Positions 38,370 through 48,743 of a stretch of DNA of 64,000 bases are shown piece after piece; the stretch's first letter is position 1, and each line of letters starts with the position of its first letter. The stretch spans positions 9,392 to 73,391 of IMG/VR virus record IMGVR_UViG_3300047564_005433; one strand, 5' to 3'. A program made the translations under genes and the position numbers. The notes below the pieces were generated by a model. That model did no database searches and had not been told where the DNA came from. It saw only the letters and a program-made list of their open reading frames with translations. The DNA comes from a virus.

Positions 38370-38761
38370 GCGCCAGAATAATCAAGCTCGCCAATGAGCC
38401 TCACTGTAACAGTGCTACGCCCATTGAATACGCTTTCCACTTGTGGAGGCTCAGCGTATTCCCAAAGGATGTTAGCAGGAGCCTGTAGAACGCCTTTTAG
38501 CTCAGAGGAAGTGCCAGAAAAAACAGCATCAGGGAGAGTGAAGCGAGCATAGTTGCCAAACTGTCCGTAGTAGTGATCAAGAATGGCTTTTGTATTTACG
38601 TCAGAAATGTTTTCAAACTGAAGATCAATGGCATGGCCAAATGAGCGATTGCCAAACACTCGTTTAACAGTGGCACCAGACAAACCACGATAAGTTTTAG
38701 TGGGAAACTGCCCTGGAGAATAAGAACGTCCAGTTGGTCTAATGGAAGGAAATATTGCCAT
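38366..38761 (-). CDS. Distal tail protein (gpM-like position)
   Basis: Follows the tape measure gene; FP...P..R, W.Y..PP.V. Confidence 0.6.
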   Translation of the reverse strand: MAIFPSIRPTGRSYSPGQFPTKTYRGLSGATVKRVFGNRSFGHAIDLQFENISDVNTKAILDHYYGQFGNYARFTLPDAVFSGTSSELKGVLQAPANILWEYAEPPQVESVFNGRSTVTVRLIGELDYSGA

Positions 38762-41700
38762 CAGCGGATACCAATACTAGAACGAGTGGAGGGGCTTTGC
38801 TTAATCTTATCGAGCGTCATTGACATACCTCGTTGAGCACCGCCTGCAATGGAAGCTCGACGAGTTTCTGCCATTGCTTGCTCTAATTGTTCGCGGCTAA
38901 CGTATTCTACGCCATTGATCTTAGTAGTTTCAAACTTCATGCTGAGAGAGGGCGCCTGAGGCATGCCGGGGGCATTGCCTCCCATCATGTCGCGAGCGGA
39001 ACGTCCTCCGAGCTGCACGGGAATGGAACGGCCATCGGGAAGGGGTACAACTGCTTCGTTGTACTTGCCTTCGCCTACTAAGCCAAGAGTAGGACCAGTG
39101 ACCACTCCACCATTAGCGAAAGCTTGGAATCCGCCAGGGGCAATACCTCCATTTGCAAACGGCGTAAATCCAGGTCCTTCCAGCATCGGGTATTTAGTAA
39201 ATCCAGAAGTATCAAGACCTCCTTTTCCTCCGCCTCCTCCTCCACCAAGTCCAGCAAACATCTTTGCAATGCCAATGGCAATGTAAGTGGCAATCATTTG
39301 CGAAGCTGCTTGAGACAATGCTTGCCCCACGCTTTGCAAGAAGCTTGCAAACACTTCCTTGGCAGTGGCGGTGCCAGAGATCATGCTGGTAACGCCTTCA
39401 GTGAGCACATTGGCAAATGCGCTGCTCACGCCAGCAATGGCTCCCTGCAGACCCTCGAATACGCTCCTGAGCTGCATGGCAGCAGTTTCAACATTTGCAA
39501 GTTGCGTGGCGTAATCAGTGTCGCCATACTGCTCCATTGCCCGTTCAAACACGCCCGCAGCACTTCCCGTAAAGCCGGCCCTCAGCCCACCACCAATTGC
39601 GCTCAAACCGCGTTGAGCCTCGAAAAGTCCTTGCTCCTTTTCAAGAAGCTTAAGGTTTTCAATACGAAGGCGAATTTGATCTCGAAGCCCGTTTGTACGA
39701 CTTTCAATTAATTTTTGCTCGTCTGCTCTCAGCCCTGCAATTTTTTCTTCAACGATAAAATTAGCCTGCTGTTCTGCAGTGAGTTCGCCAACGCCATTTT
39801 TAAGATTGTTCAACAATGCCTCTTGTTTTTCAATCTCTAAATTCTCATTACGTAAGGCATCAATAAACGGCTTTTCAAGCTGAAGCCTTGCGCCCTTCAC
39901 TGCAATATCTCTTTGTTTTTCGGCTATAGCCAGCCCGTTTGCCAGTTTGACTTCCTGATCCTTGATGGCAAGAGCTTTGTCGGCAGCACTTAAATTATCG
40001 TTTCTAATTTTTTCGGTTTCCAGGCGGAAGCGCTCTTGCAGTTCCGCTCTTTCCGTCTCAAGAGTGAGTTCAGCAAGTTTAATGTCGTAAGACGTTTGCG
40101 ACAGCAAATTCGCCTGCAACTGCTGATCCAGTATTTGCTTCTCTGCATCAAAGCGTTGCTTGATAAAATCAAGTTGGCTTCTGTTGTACGTATCAAGTTC
40201 TTTGCCTTTTTGTGTTCTACCGTCGCCTTCTGATGGTGAAATTGGAGCAAGCACTGCTTGCTGTTGCACTTGCTGTTCTTCAAACTTGATTTGTCTTTGC
40301 CTAAAAGCAGCTTCCGATTGAAGTCGTTGAGCTTGCGGGGCAAGCGCCATAGCCTCACTACGCTTAACGTAAATCGGGCCTCCCGGCGCCTGCTGAGATT
40401 GAATACCACCTAACTGCTGCAATTGACTCAGTTCTTTCTGGCTCACTGGAACAAGCCTGTCCCCGCCTGGCTGCTGTGCTCCCTGTCGTCCAGCAATTTG
40501 TCCAATTAGTTGATACGCAGACTGCGCCTGCTGCTCTGCCGCCCTTGCTTCCGTTTGAGACATAGAGCGAATTGCTTGAGCGGCTCCAAGCGCTTTAGCT
40601 TTTGTATCGGCTAGCGCTTGGTTCATGCTCATGAATTTTTCAATGAGCATACTGATGCCAACAATTACAAGCCCCACTCCAGTAGTGGCGAAGAAAGTGC
40701 GCAATGTAATGCCAGCAGTGCGAATAGAGGCGGCAGTGGTCTGGGCAGTGGCGCCAGTAGCGGCCATCATTCCTCTAAAAGCAGTAAGAGTGCTAGTACC
40801 AGTAGCCACGCGAGTGTTGAAGATTACAAGCTGTAAAGCATTAGCGGCCCATAGCCCCTTCATCACATTGAGGGCAATATTAATTGGCAACGCAATGGCA
40901 TATAGCCGAGCCAGATAACCAACAATCGGATTTCCCGCAATTTGCAGGAGCACCTTACTCACTTCAAGGGCTATGCGAGCAAATTGGCCAAATTGCTCAA
41001 TCAATAAAGCAGCATTTTGCCTAATTCCATCGAACGCTGGCCGCAGTCTTTCAAGCTCTTGTGCAATGGCAAAACCGCCAGCCGTTTGCGCCGCCATGCC
41101 AGTAAAAAACGACTTAAATCCGTCCGAAATCTCTTTAATGCCAGACGTTAGTGGCACCACTACGCCATTGAGGAAGTTAATTGCAACAGGCTCAAAGCTC
41201 TCATACAAGAGAGTCATTGAGTTTTGCATGCGATTAATGACGCCTTGGAAAGTCCGAGCGGCTCCTTCGGCTCCAGAGCCAAATTCCTGCTTCATCACAA
41301 TGCCAACATTTTTCAGCAACGCGACCATCGCTTCGCCTTTGTAGGCACCGTCTTCCAGCGCAGCAGAAAAGTCTTGAATTGCTTTTGGCCCTTCAAATCC
41401 AGCAGCTTCCGCAAACAACGCCATCGCACCGGGCAACACGTCACCCAGTTGCCCTTTAAGTTCTTCGCTCATCACTTGGCCTTTGCTTGCCATTTGAGCA
41501 AAGGCATAGTTCACGCGATCAACTTTATCTGCGCTCATGCCAAACGTGGCAGCAGCTTGCGTGATGCCAGTGAACAAATCTCTAATCTCATCTCCGCTAA
41601 ACCCAGCAGGAGCCATGGAAGCATAAAGCTTAGTAAAACCATCGCGGGCCGATTGCAGCGGCACGTTATATTTATCAACTAAATCAAGAATGAGCTGATT

Positions 41701-43368
41701 AGAGGCGGCAGCTTCTTCTGCGGTGGGCGAAATAGCGCCAAGCGTATTACGGAAATTTTGAAGCTGGCTTACAGCCGCACCCACTTGTGCCGGAAAATTT
41801 TGAATGAAAGCAAGCATTTTATATGCCTGCCCAAATAGCAGTACTTGCTTAGTGGCAAACGCAAATTCAGAGCCGAGTTCGCGAATAACACCAGCGCCAG
41901 GGAGATTAACGCCACCAAGAGCGCGCCCAAAGCCTCCCATGCCACCGGTTCCACCCCTGCCTCCTCCAGAAGGCGGGACGATGCCACCTCCGCCTCCTCC
42001 AATGGGAGCAGGAATACTTGGTGCTCGCATGAATTGCTGTTGCCCAAGAGCGGCACCAGTTCTCACTGCATTGAAACGCATTTGACCGATTGGCGTTGTA
42101 CCGCCCGCTGCTGGCAGGAGTCCAGCCACTTGACTTCCCGGCCCAAGTAAGGGCTGTCTACTAATGGGAGCCTTGGGTGCTTGAGCAATTTCCCTTGCAA
42201 CTGCTTGTAAATAAGTGCGCACAGCGCCTGCTAAAATATTGTTTAGCTCAAGCATGCTTGCTTGAGACGGTCTTCCTGGGAGAAATCCAGCAATGCGGCC
42301 AGCCCCAAGCAATGGCTGGCGTGAAATGGACGGCCCCATGTCCCGCACGCTCACCTGCCTAATACCAGCACGGATAGTGTCAAGGAAGGCATTGGCTGCT
42401 TCTCGCAGCACTCGCTTCATCTCCTCTCCCAGAGCAGACGGGAGATAGCGCTGAGCCGCAAAAGCCGTACCAGGCAGTGCGCCGGGAGTTGCGCCAGGGG
42501 GCAGTGCTCTTCCGGTGTCAGAAGGGCCAATTGCAATGCGTTGGCGAGGTGGAACAGTCGCCGGAAAATCAACAGGAGGCAATGCTCGCGCTTGCCCCAC
42601 TTGCCGACTAATTTCGGCAGCGCTCATGCCGCCGACCATTAGCGCCATTCGTGCAAGGCGATCAAGCATGCGGCGCATTTGGCGCGTGGCAGATCGCTCC
42701 GCGATCTCCATAGCTTTTAATAAGCCCAGCTCAAAACCCTTGCCAGCGTCTTCGCCTATTTTTCTGAATTCCCTTGAAGGCGAAGCAATCCCTAAAACGC
42801 CTTTAATCGTTTTGATAAGGTTTTCTCCGATGGATGCAGCGGCAGTCTTTAATCGCTCGTCCTGACTTGCGAGACCATTAAGAAGGCCAGCAATTGCGTC
42901 GCGCCCAACCAAATCAAGAGCTGCAACCATCGCAGCTTTTGTACGTGCTATTTCTTTATCAAATTCAAGAATTCCAGCTTTCGCAGCAGCCTTGTAAAGC
43001 TTTGCAACTTCTTTAGATCCAATGCCTCCAGATTGCGGACCAGGAAGAAGTGCTCCCATCCCCATTTGTTGCCGCACTCCACCTTGCCCAGCGGCTCTAA
43101 CTCTCCCCAAATTTTCAAGTTCTTTGGCGAGCGTTTTCGCGTTTGCAATTTCGGCCTGCAAATTTGTATTGACATTTAACGTATAACTTCTTCGCCTAAT
43201 ATTTGCACCAAGAGCATTCAGTTCGTTCTGGACAGAGCGCCGATCAAGCTGCACCTTAATTGGCAGGTTATATCCAGCCGCCGCTTGCCCCAGTCCTGTT
43301 AATTGCTGCCTAAAAAAACCCAGGTCAAGACTTACCTTCAGCTTCAGTTCGGCGTCTTGAGCTGCCAT
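38761..43368 (-). CDS. Tape measure protein
   Basis: 1535 aa helical; AF.QM.SKGQVMSEEL.GQLG tape-measure domain; LGIASPS; FA.GG. Confidence 0.9.
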   Translation of the reverse strand: MAAQDAELKLKVSLDLGFFRQQLTGLGQAAAGYNLPIKVQLDRRSVQNELNALGANIRRRSYTLNVNTNLQAEIANAKTLAKELENLGRVRAAGQGGVRQQMGMGALLPGPQSGGIGSKEVAKLYKAAAKAGILEFDKEIARTKAAMVAALDLVGRDAIAGLLNGLASQDERLKTAAASIGENLIKTIKGVLGIASPSREFRKIGEDAGKGFELGLLKAMEIAERSATRQMRRMLDRLARMALMVGGMSAAEISRQVGQARALPPVDFPATVPPRQRIAIGPSDTGRALPPGATPGALPGTAFAAQRYLPSALGEEMKRVLREAANAFLDTIRAGIRQVSVRDMGPSISRQPLLGAGRIAGFLPGRPSQASMLELNNILAGAVRTYLQAVAREIAQAPKAPISRQPLLGPGSQVAGLLPAAGGTTPIGQMRFNAVRTGAALGQQQFMRAPSIPAPIGGGGGGIVPPSGGGRGGTGGMGGFGRALGGVNLPGAGVIRELGSEFAFATKQVLLFGQAYKMLAFIQNFPAQVGAAVSQLQNFRNTLGAISPTAEEAAASNQLILDLVDKYNVPLQSARDGFTKLYASMAPAGFSGDEIRDLFTGITQAAATFGMSADKVDRVNYAFAQMASKGQVMSEELKGQLGDVLPGAMALFAEAAGFEGPKAIQDFSAALEDGAYKGEAMVALLKNVGIVMKQEFGSGAEGAARTFQGVINRMQNSMTLLYESFEPVAINFLNGVVVPLTSGIKEISDGFKSFFTGMAAQTAGGFAIAQELERLRPAFDGIRQNAALLIEQFGQFARIALEVSKVLLQIAGNPIVGYLARLYAIALPINIALNVMKGLWAANALQLVIFNTRVATGTSTLTAFRGMMAATGATAQTTAASIRTAGITLRTFFATTGVGLVIVGISMLIEKFMSMNQALADTKAKALGAAQAIRSMSQTEARAAEQQAQSAYQLIGQIAGRQGAQQPGGDRLVPVSQKELSQLQQLGGIQSQQAPGGPIYVKRSEAMALAPQAQRLQSEAAFRQRQIKFEEQQVQQQAVLAPISPSEGDGRTQKGKELDTYNRSQLDFIKQRFDAEKQILDQQLQANLLSQTSYDIKLAELTLETERAELQERFRLETEKIRNDNLSAADKALAIKDQEVKLANGLAIAEKQRDIAVKGARLQLEKPFIDALRNENLEIEKQEALLNNLKNGVGELTAEQQANFIVEEKIAGLRADEQKLIESRTNGLRDQIRLRIENLKLLEKEQGLFEAQRGLSAIGGGLRAGFTGSAAGVFERAMEQYGDTDYATQLANVETAAMQLRSVFEGLQGAIAGVSSAFANVLTEGVTSMISGTATAKEVFASFLQSVGQALSQAASQMIATYIAIGIAKMFAGLGGGGGGGKGGLDTSGFTKYPMLEGPGFTPFANGGIAPGGFQAFANGGVVTGPTLGLVGEGKYNEAVVPLPDGRSIPVQLGGRSARDMMGGNAPGMPQAPSLSMKFETTKINGVEYVSREQLEQAMAETRRASIAGGAQRGMSMTLDKIKQSPSTRSSIGIR

Positions 43369-43401
43369 CTTGATTCCGCTTACTTTCTCTTCATTCTATA
43401 A

Positions 43402-43875
43402 TCATTGATCCTGATTACGTCCGGCGAAGTTTTTAAGCTCGTCGGCAAGCAGTGCGATAACGCGCCCGTCCATTCTCTTCGTCTTCATTAAACGTTGCAG
43501 AACAATCAAGCTTTCGTCCGTCACGCCATCATCTTTCTTCAGTTTTTTCGTGTCAAATGGTAAGAAATCATCCGGCTTGACTTTGCTTTTCTTGCCCGCC
43601 AGCATTCCTGCTGCCATCGTACCAAGCTTCGCAACGGCAACGCTGCTCACATTGTATTTTGCAATATCATGACGATCAAGATATTTCAATGCACGCTTAA
43701 CATCATCAAGCTTTTGGAGGCCAAAATTTTTGGCGCTCCATCGCTCATCCTTGAAATCTGAAGCAGAGAGTCTGAAATAAATTTCGTTCCAATCCGTCAA
43801 ATTCTTAAGTTGTTGCCTAGCTCGTGCTTCAAGCTTTTCTGCTACTGAGGACCATTCCTCTTCGTCGCTTTTTTT
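43402..43875 (-). CDS. Tail assembly chaperone frameshift extension (gpT-like)
   Basis: -1 frame open from the slippery site A AAA AAA (43869-43875) through ORF 43402-43800. Confidence 0.7.
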   Translation of the reverse strand, partial: KKSDEEEWSSVAEKLEARARQQLKNLTDWNEIYFRLSASDFKDERWSAKNFGLQKLDDVKRALKYLDRHDIAKYNVSSVAVAKLGTMAAGMLAGKKSKVKPDDFLPFDTKKLKKDDGVTDESLIVLQRLMKTKRMDGRVIALLADELKNFAGRNQDQ

Positions 43876-44375
43876 GCTGCCATGGCCTCCTGCGTCTCAG
43901 CATTTTGCTCTTCAGCAATAAACTCCACTACCTTCGCAATGGCCTTACGGGGAAGAGTTTTAGTGTCTTCAAGCTCCCAATCAGAAAGGTCTTGCCAGTC
44001 GCCATCAATCATGCCTTGCCCGCGAGAACGAATGAAGGCAGTAACCATGCGAGCATTGGTAGCTTCTACAGATGACCCACTGGTAATCATTGCCAGGGTC
44101 TCTTCAGTGAAGTCAGAAAGCAATTCTGCTTCAGTAATGGTGCTACCGCCTTGCAATAGGGCAAAAGCCTCGTCCAGAGGAATCTCGCGCTGAGCGGCAA
44201 TTCGCTTGGCAAGCTGGACGGCGCGAATAGTGGCTTGGCTTTGCAGTTTGCTAATTTCTTCCTGTTCAATGGATTCAGCAACAAGCCAGCTACCATAGCG
44301 CTTCAGGCGAATTTCGGGCAGCAGCTCAAAATAACCTTCAGTTTTGGTCTGAACCAGAAAGCTGTATTTGCTCAT
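43842..44375 (-). CDS. Tail assembly chaperone (gpG-like)
   Basis: Upstream of the tape measure gene with a slippery site at its 3' end. Confidence 0.7.
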   Translation of the reverse strand: MSKYSFLVQTKTEGYFELLPEIRLKRYGSWLVAESIEQEEISKLQSQATIRAVQLAKRIAAQREIPLDEAFALLQGGSTITEAELLSDFTEETLAMITSGSSVEATNARMVTAFIRSRGQGMIDGDWQDLSDWELEDTKTLPRKAIAKVVEFIAEEQNAETQEAMAAKKATKRNGPQ

Positions 44376-44601
44376 GATCAAGAATGTTAAGCAATGCGTT
44401 GAACACCTTCACTCGCTCATGGGAAGAGCGAAATTCAGGCGGCACTTCAACCAACATTGAATGATTGTCGTTGCTAATTCTAATGGTCTGTTCTCGGCAG
44501 GAAATAAGGCACAAAATGCCAACTTCCAAAGCAGTGCCGTCCACCAAGCAATTAATGGCATGCACTGTATTGTCTGCGCTCCACAAATAGTCAACTTTCA
44601 T
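44338..44601 (-). CDS. Hypothetical protein
   Basis: Overlapping operonic ORF. Confidence 0.5.
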   Translation of the reverse strand: MKVDYLWSADNTVHAINCLVDGTALEVGILCLISCREQTIRISNDNHSMLVEVPPEFRSSHERVKVFNALLNILDHEQIQLSGSDQN

Positions 44602-45047
44602 TGCAATGCTGTTCTAATGCGCCCTTTGAGCTGTCTGCTTACATTACTGCCAGCAAACAAATCTCGCTGCTGAAATACATCCGTCCATTGCCGTGGAGAA
44701 AGGTTGGTACTGAGTCCTTCATGCACATACCAAGCGTATCCTCTCCCGCTATCATTCTTTGCATCCCAGTCCCAAGAGGCGGTAATATCAATGCCCCCTT
44801 GTGAAATAGAAAAACTGTCGCGCCCGCTTCGGTAGAGTTCTCCTAAGTCAAAAATATCGCGAGGGCTGCTAACAGTTTCTCCATTTTTCCTTTCAGTTTC
44901 TCCGTCATAAGGCCATTTTTCTTCAAGAAATTGGTCACGGAAGTAATCATTCACGTCAAAACGCGTCCAAGTCTCAAAGGCTTTTACGAGCTTTGCCTCT
45001 AAGCTTTTTGCATTGACGATGGCCCCTCCAACGATAGTTGCGCTCAT
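44598..45047 (-). CDS. Tail completion / neck protein
   Basis: PRDI.D.G.L..S, YA.YVHEG, R.WT motifs (HK97 gp10-like). Confidence 0.6.
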   Translation of the reverse strand: MSATIVGGAIVNAKSLEAKLVKAFETWTRFDVNDYFRDQFLEEKWPYDGETERKNGETVSSPRDIFDLGELYRSGRDSFSISQGGIDITASWDWDAKNDSGRGYAWYVHEGLSTNLSPRQWTDVFQQRDLFAGSNVSRQLKGRIRTALQ

Positions 45048-45454
45048 GATGCAATAAGAGGACGAAGAACAAGATCAGGAATCAAAAAGCGAGAACGCTC
45101 GTAAGCAATATCATCACCCGGAAAATATCTTTGCGTGGCATCAGGAAATCGCCGCACCATTCTGTCCATTGCCAAAGCAAGCGTATTGGAGCTTGGCGTG
45201 TATTGCACCATTATCACTTCCCATACCTGCGTAACTTTTACAGTGCCTCCCAATGGAGATGCAGGCGTAAGCTGTGGAAACTCCCTCATTGTCACCTCCA
45301 GCCCTTTCACCTTCCATTCTTTGGGCACACTTTGCCTGCCCACTACATACACTGCAGGAATCGTCGCGGCATTGGGTAGCGTATAAGTGCCAATCAGATT
45401 GGGCGATGCAGAAAGCAGCTCGGTGATAGTCTCACGCAGTTGAGAAATGTTCAT
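45044..45454 (-). CDS. Tail terminator-like protein
   Basis: Position and size. Confidence 0.5.
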   Translation of the reverse strand: MNISQLRETITELLSASPNLIGTYTLPNAATIPAVYVVGRQSVPKEWKVKGLEVTMREFPQLTPASPLGGTVKVTQVWEVIMVQYTPSSNTLALAMDRMVRRFPDATQRYFPGDDIAYERSRFLIPDLVLRPLIAS

Positions 45455-45486
45455 TAAAAAAAGCCTGCCCCGTAGGGACAGGCTAG
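45455..45486 (-). terminator. Terminator after the major tail gene
   Basis: AGCCTG.CCC-TACG-GGG.CAGGCT followed by a U-run on the minus strand. Confidence 0.7.
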
Positions 45487-45505
45487 CGAAAACAATGGAA
45501 AAGAA

Positions 45506-46084
45506 TCAGGAGTTAGGAGCGCTCGGGATGAGGCTGCCAGTATTCTCAGCATTCTGGTGAATGCCGATGCGGCCACGGCTGGTCAGATCAAAAGTCACTT
45601 CCACGAGGTTGTCAGCAGGATAGCTCTCGTTATAGTTCATCACGCATGCAACAAATGCCACGCGATCATAGTAGTAAGTGGTACCAGAAGCTCCGAGCTG
45701 CTTATTAATTTCCACGTACACTTCGTGGTTCTTGTTGTAACGGCTTTCGCTAACCACTTGGAAAGCTTCGTCAAAGCTGTTGGGCAGGAACACAGTACCA
45801 TCAACATCCTTCTGAAAATAAGACGTGATGGAGGCAGTAGCTTGGCTGGTAACAATCACGCTATCAGCGAAACCGCCGCCACCCAGCAGATAAAATTCTT
45901 GGTTGCCATCATTGAAGGCAACAGAAGCAGTTGTAGCCGCCTGCAGAGTGTAGAGAGTGGGGGCGCCGCTTACGGTGAAGGTAGCGCCAGATTGAGTGAT
46001 AACGGGACGAGCAGTGCCAGCAATAGAGCCCACGCGGACAATCACGTCCTGGCTCTTCACTAGCTCAGTGGGATGGTAGAGCAT
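45506..46084 (-). CDS. Major tail tube protein
   Basis: Beta-rich 192 aa, strongly biased codons, followed by a terminator. Confidence 0.7.
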   Translation of the reverse strand: MLYHPTELVKSQDVIVRVGSIAGTARPVITQSGATFTVSGAPTLYTLQAATTASVAFNDGNQEFYLLGGGGFADSVIVTSQATASITSYFQKDVDGTVFLPNSFDEAFQVVSESRYNKNHEVYVEINKQLGASGTTYYYDRVAFVACVMNYNESYPADNLVEVTFDLTSRGRIGIHQNAENTGSLIPSAPNS

Positions 46085-46112
46085 GAGAAATTCCTCGATG
46101 GAAAGAAGAGAG

Positions 46113-46502
46113 TTAAGCGTTGTCCACGCTTCCTTTGCCAATCAGTCTAAAAATGCCCCTGATCGGCGTACCTAAAAACTGCCAATAGTGAATAGCAATT
46201 TGTTCGTTAGGCAACAGTTCAAATCTTCCTTCTCTTCCATTGATGGTGGCTTTTGCACTATCGCCAACAGTTACGCCAGACAGCGTAAGGGGACTGGTCA
46301 TCCTGCCTTCCATGTAGACGGCAGTCAGATCAGCCCCCAACAGTTGGTCGTAACGAGGATTGGCTTTTTGCTTCAATGTGGCATAAAACGTAACTCCCGT
46401 GCTAACGGGCACGTAATTACCAGTTTCAGCATCAAGCGCATAGCCTGAAGCCACGTGAAATACCAGAGTGGCATTAGCAAGTGGCTCCAGAAAGTTACTC
46501 AC
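46113..46502 (-). CDS. Head closure / neck protein
   Basis: Position after the adaptor. Confidence 0.5.
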   Translation of the reverse strand: MSNFLEPLANATLVFHVASGYALDAETGNYVPVSTGVTFYATLKQKANPRYDQLLGADLTAVYMEGRMTSPLTLSGVTVGDSAKATINGREGRFELLPNEQIAIHYWQFLGTPIRGIFRLIGKGSVDNA

Positions 46503-46810
46503 ACGACAAACCCAACAGAAGAAAGAGGAAGATTGTTGGTCATTCGTTTAAACTCCTGACCATATTGAGTAGCATCAAGCCCCTCGCCATATACTTTGCC
46601 GTCAGTGGCACCAATTTGAATGCCCATTTGAGCAAGCTGAATGGCAATGATATGAGCAGCAAGGAACTTTACAGCCCTATCAGTTTGATCCCCAAACACA
46701 TCGCTAGAGGCATCGTAAGAAGCCTCTGCAATGGCGCCATTGACGATGCCAGAAGGATGCGGGCTGAATTCAGGAAAGCGCTCAAGAAAGCTTGCATAAG
46801 AAACTGCCAT
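46499..46810 (-). CDS. DUF4054-like head-tail adaptor
   Basis: F..RFPEF, L.AH, T.YGQEF. Confidence 0.8.
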   Translation of the reverse strand: MAVSYASFLERFPEFSPHPSGIVNGAIAEASYDASSDVFGDQTDRAVKFLAAHIIAIQLAQMGIQIGATDGKVYGEGLDATQYGQEFKRMTNNLPLSSVGFVV

Positions 46811-46812
46811 AA

Positions 46813-47199
46813 TCAGGCCTTCCCAATACGAATGGCTTCCGTGCGCTTTGCAATGGCATTCCTCACGCGAACGCGGCCTTCAATTTTCTTCCAATCAGCA
46901 AGACGATCTGCATCATGGATGAGTTCGATGGCACGAATGGCTTGCGTGAGAGGAAGTTCGCTAAGGCTTTGAACATTTTCAGGCAGGTCTTCTACCATCA
47001 CTTGTTCTTTCATTTCTTCAATGGCGCCAATAGCAAGAAGCTTCTTGACCGTACCATTTTCCTTCGCCTCCTTCCATTTCTCATCAGGAATTTCCTGATT
47101 AAGACCAGGCGTCAGTTGAATGAGCCCGCTCTTGGTAATAATGCCAAACCCTGCATCACGAGGGGGATTTTCAAGTTCGGGACGATAAGCAATCAGCAT
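46813..47199 (-). CDS. Hypothetical head-associated protein
   Basis: L.PG.N motif; follows the major capsid gene. Confidence 0.55.
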   Translation of the reverse strand: MLIAYRPELENPPRDAGFGIITKSGLIQLTPGLNQEIPDEKWKEAKENGTVKKLLAIGAIEEMKEQVMVEDLPENVQSLSELPLTQAIRAIELIHDADRLADWKKIEGRVRVRNAIAKRTEAIRIGKA

Positions 47200-47255
47200 T
47201 GTTCAAGAAAAACAATTGCTAATAGCTTAACGCCCCTCTTCTTGATTAACTATCC

Positions 47256-48164
47256 TCAGGCAGAGGCCTGCACATAGATCATGCTCTTGGGATAGTACAG
47301 AGCAACGCCACCCACACGGGCATGGGCAGGAACGATGAATTCCAGACCACGCTGTTGAGGCGGGAACAGCTCGAGAGGCTGAGGGATGTGCAGTTGCACT
47401 TTCTCAGGATCACGCTTGTACACAACCATACGGTCAGTGTTCAGCACGCTGTTGTCGGCTTCCAACTGGTTGATGGGCTCAACGTTACGAATGTAGGGGT
47501 TGGTACGCAGGAAATACTCAAGCACAGTCACGTCCGAGCTGTCGGAGTTACGAGTGGTGCTGATCTTGTTGTAGTCCGCGTAGGACAGCAGAATGGTATC
47601 GGGCTGTTCCTTCATCTTGGAGCCGTTGATGATGGCAGTCACGCCATAGTTCAGCAGTTCCAGCATTTCCTGGGCAGTGGTACCAGTAGTGGTGAACCAC
47701 TTGTCAGCAGCAACCACGTCCACGGTGGAGTTGTTGAAGAAACCAGCCAAGCCCACAGAGCTTTCGCCGAAGAAAGCAAGGCTTTCCACTTTCTCTTCAT
47801 AGGCACGACGCACAGCAGCAGCGCGACGCTGCTCCAGAGCGATGTTGGCCATTTGAGCAGCACGCAGTTCCTGCACGGTGTAACCGAAGCTGCCACCGAA
47901 GGAACGAATGTTGATGCTCTTTTCCACTTGGCTGATGTCAGCGCGGGGCAGATCATCAGCAGCGTCCGCAATCAGACGGAACTCACCAGTGGAGTCCATG
48001 ATGCGATAGGTGAAGGTCTGGGCGCCAGGACCAGCTTCAGCAGTGACGGGCAGAACAGTGGGATATTTAATATCCGCATACTGCACTTCAAAAACTTGGG
48101 GGCGAATGTACTCAAGCTGACGCTCAAGGAACAGGCCCGCATCATCCATACGGAATTCAGACAT
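47256..48164 (-). CDS. Major capsid protein (DUF2184 family, HK97 fold)
   Basis: FL.RQLE.I...V.E..Y, YT.QEL..A, GGV...YP motifs; strong codon bias. Confidence 0.9.
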   Translation of the reverse strand: MSEFRMDDAGLFLERQLEYIRPQVFEVQYADIKYPTVLPVTAEAGPGAQTFTYRIMDSTGEFRLIADAADDLPRADISQVEKSINIRSFGGSFGYTVQELRAAQMANIALEQRRAAAVRRAYEEKVESLAFFGESSVGLAGFFNNSTVDVVAADKWFTTTGTTAQEMLELLNYGVTAIINGSKMKEQPDTILLSYADYNKISTTRNSDSSDVTVLEYFLRTNPYIRNVEPINQLEADNSVLNTDRMVVYKRDPEKVQLHIPQPLELFPPQQRGLEFIVPAHARVGGVALYYPKSMIYVQASA

Positions 48165-48180
48165 TGTTAAGAGCCTCCTA

Positions 48181-48741
48181 TCAAGAATCAGCAGAGAGGG
48201 TGAAGCTCGGACCATTCAGCTCCAGAACAGCGAGACCGCTGCCAGTGGTGGAGGTGAGGAAACGAGCGTTAGCGAGGCGCACAGTTTTGCCCGATGCAAA
48301 AGCATGGGAGAACTGACCAGCCTTGCCAGTGCCACTAGCGGAATACAGCACACGCACGGGCGATGCGGGAGTAACAGCGCCGGTCACGTAGACGGCCACT
48401 GCACCTTCGTTAGCCACGTTCATGGCTTGCTGATTCTTCACACCAGGACGGCTGTTGCTGTCGAGGGCAGTTTCATCAACGTAGGTGAGGACGTTAACGC
48501 CCAGCACAGTGTCAGAAGCGCCAGAAATGGTAGTGGCGGAATTAGCGATGGTACCAGCAGTGTTATACACAGCCAGATTACCAAAGGGAACAACAGCGCC
48601 AGTCTCGTTGACGTAGGTGCCGATGGTGTTGTCGCGGATGTCAGACAGTTGACCTTCCAGCAGTGCAGCATGCGCGAGGCTGTAAGCCTGTTGCACGCCA
48701 CCAGCGGAGGCGGTGCCCGAAGCAGAGAAAGTTACGGCCAT
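48181..48741 (-). CDS. Capsid decoration/cement protein
   Basis: Upstream of the major capsid gene; PFG..V, G.V.V motifs. Confidence 0.7.
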   Translation of the reverse strand: MAVTFSASGTASAGGVQQAYSLAHAALLEGQLSDIRDNTIGTYVNETGAVVPFGNLAVYNTAGTIANSATTISGASDTVLGVNVLTYVDETALDSNSRPGVKNQQAMNVANEGAVAVYVTGAVTPASPVRVLYSASGTGKAGQFSHAFASGKTVRLANARFLTSTTGSGLAVLELNGPSFTLSADS

Positions 48742-48743
48742 AA

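Noticed and set aside
47322-48170. Long antisense ORFs (282 aa here; also 11815-12486, 49407-49973 and others)
   Set aside because: They are shadows of strongly codon-biased genes on the opposite strand, with no motifs or RBS
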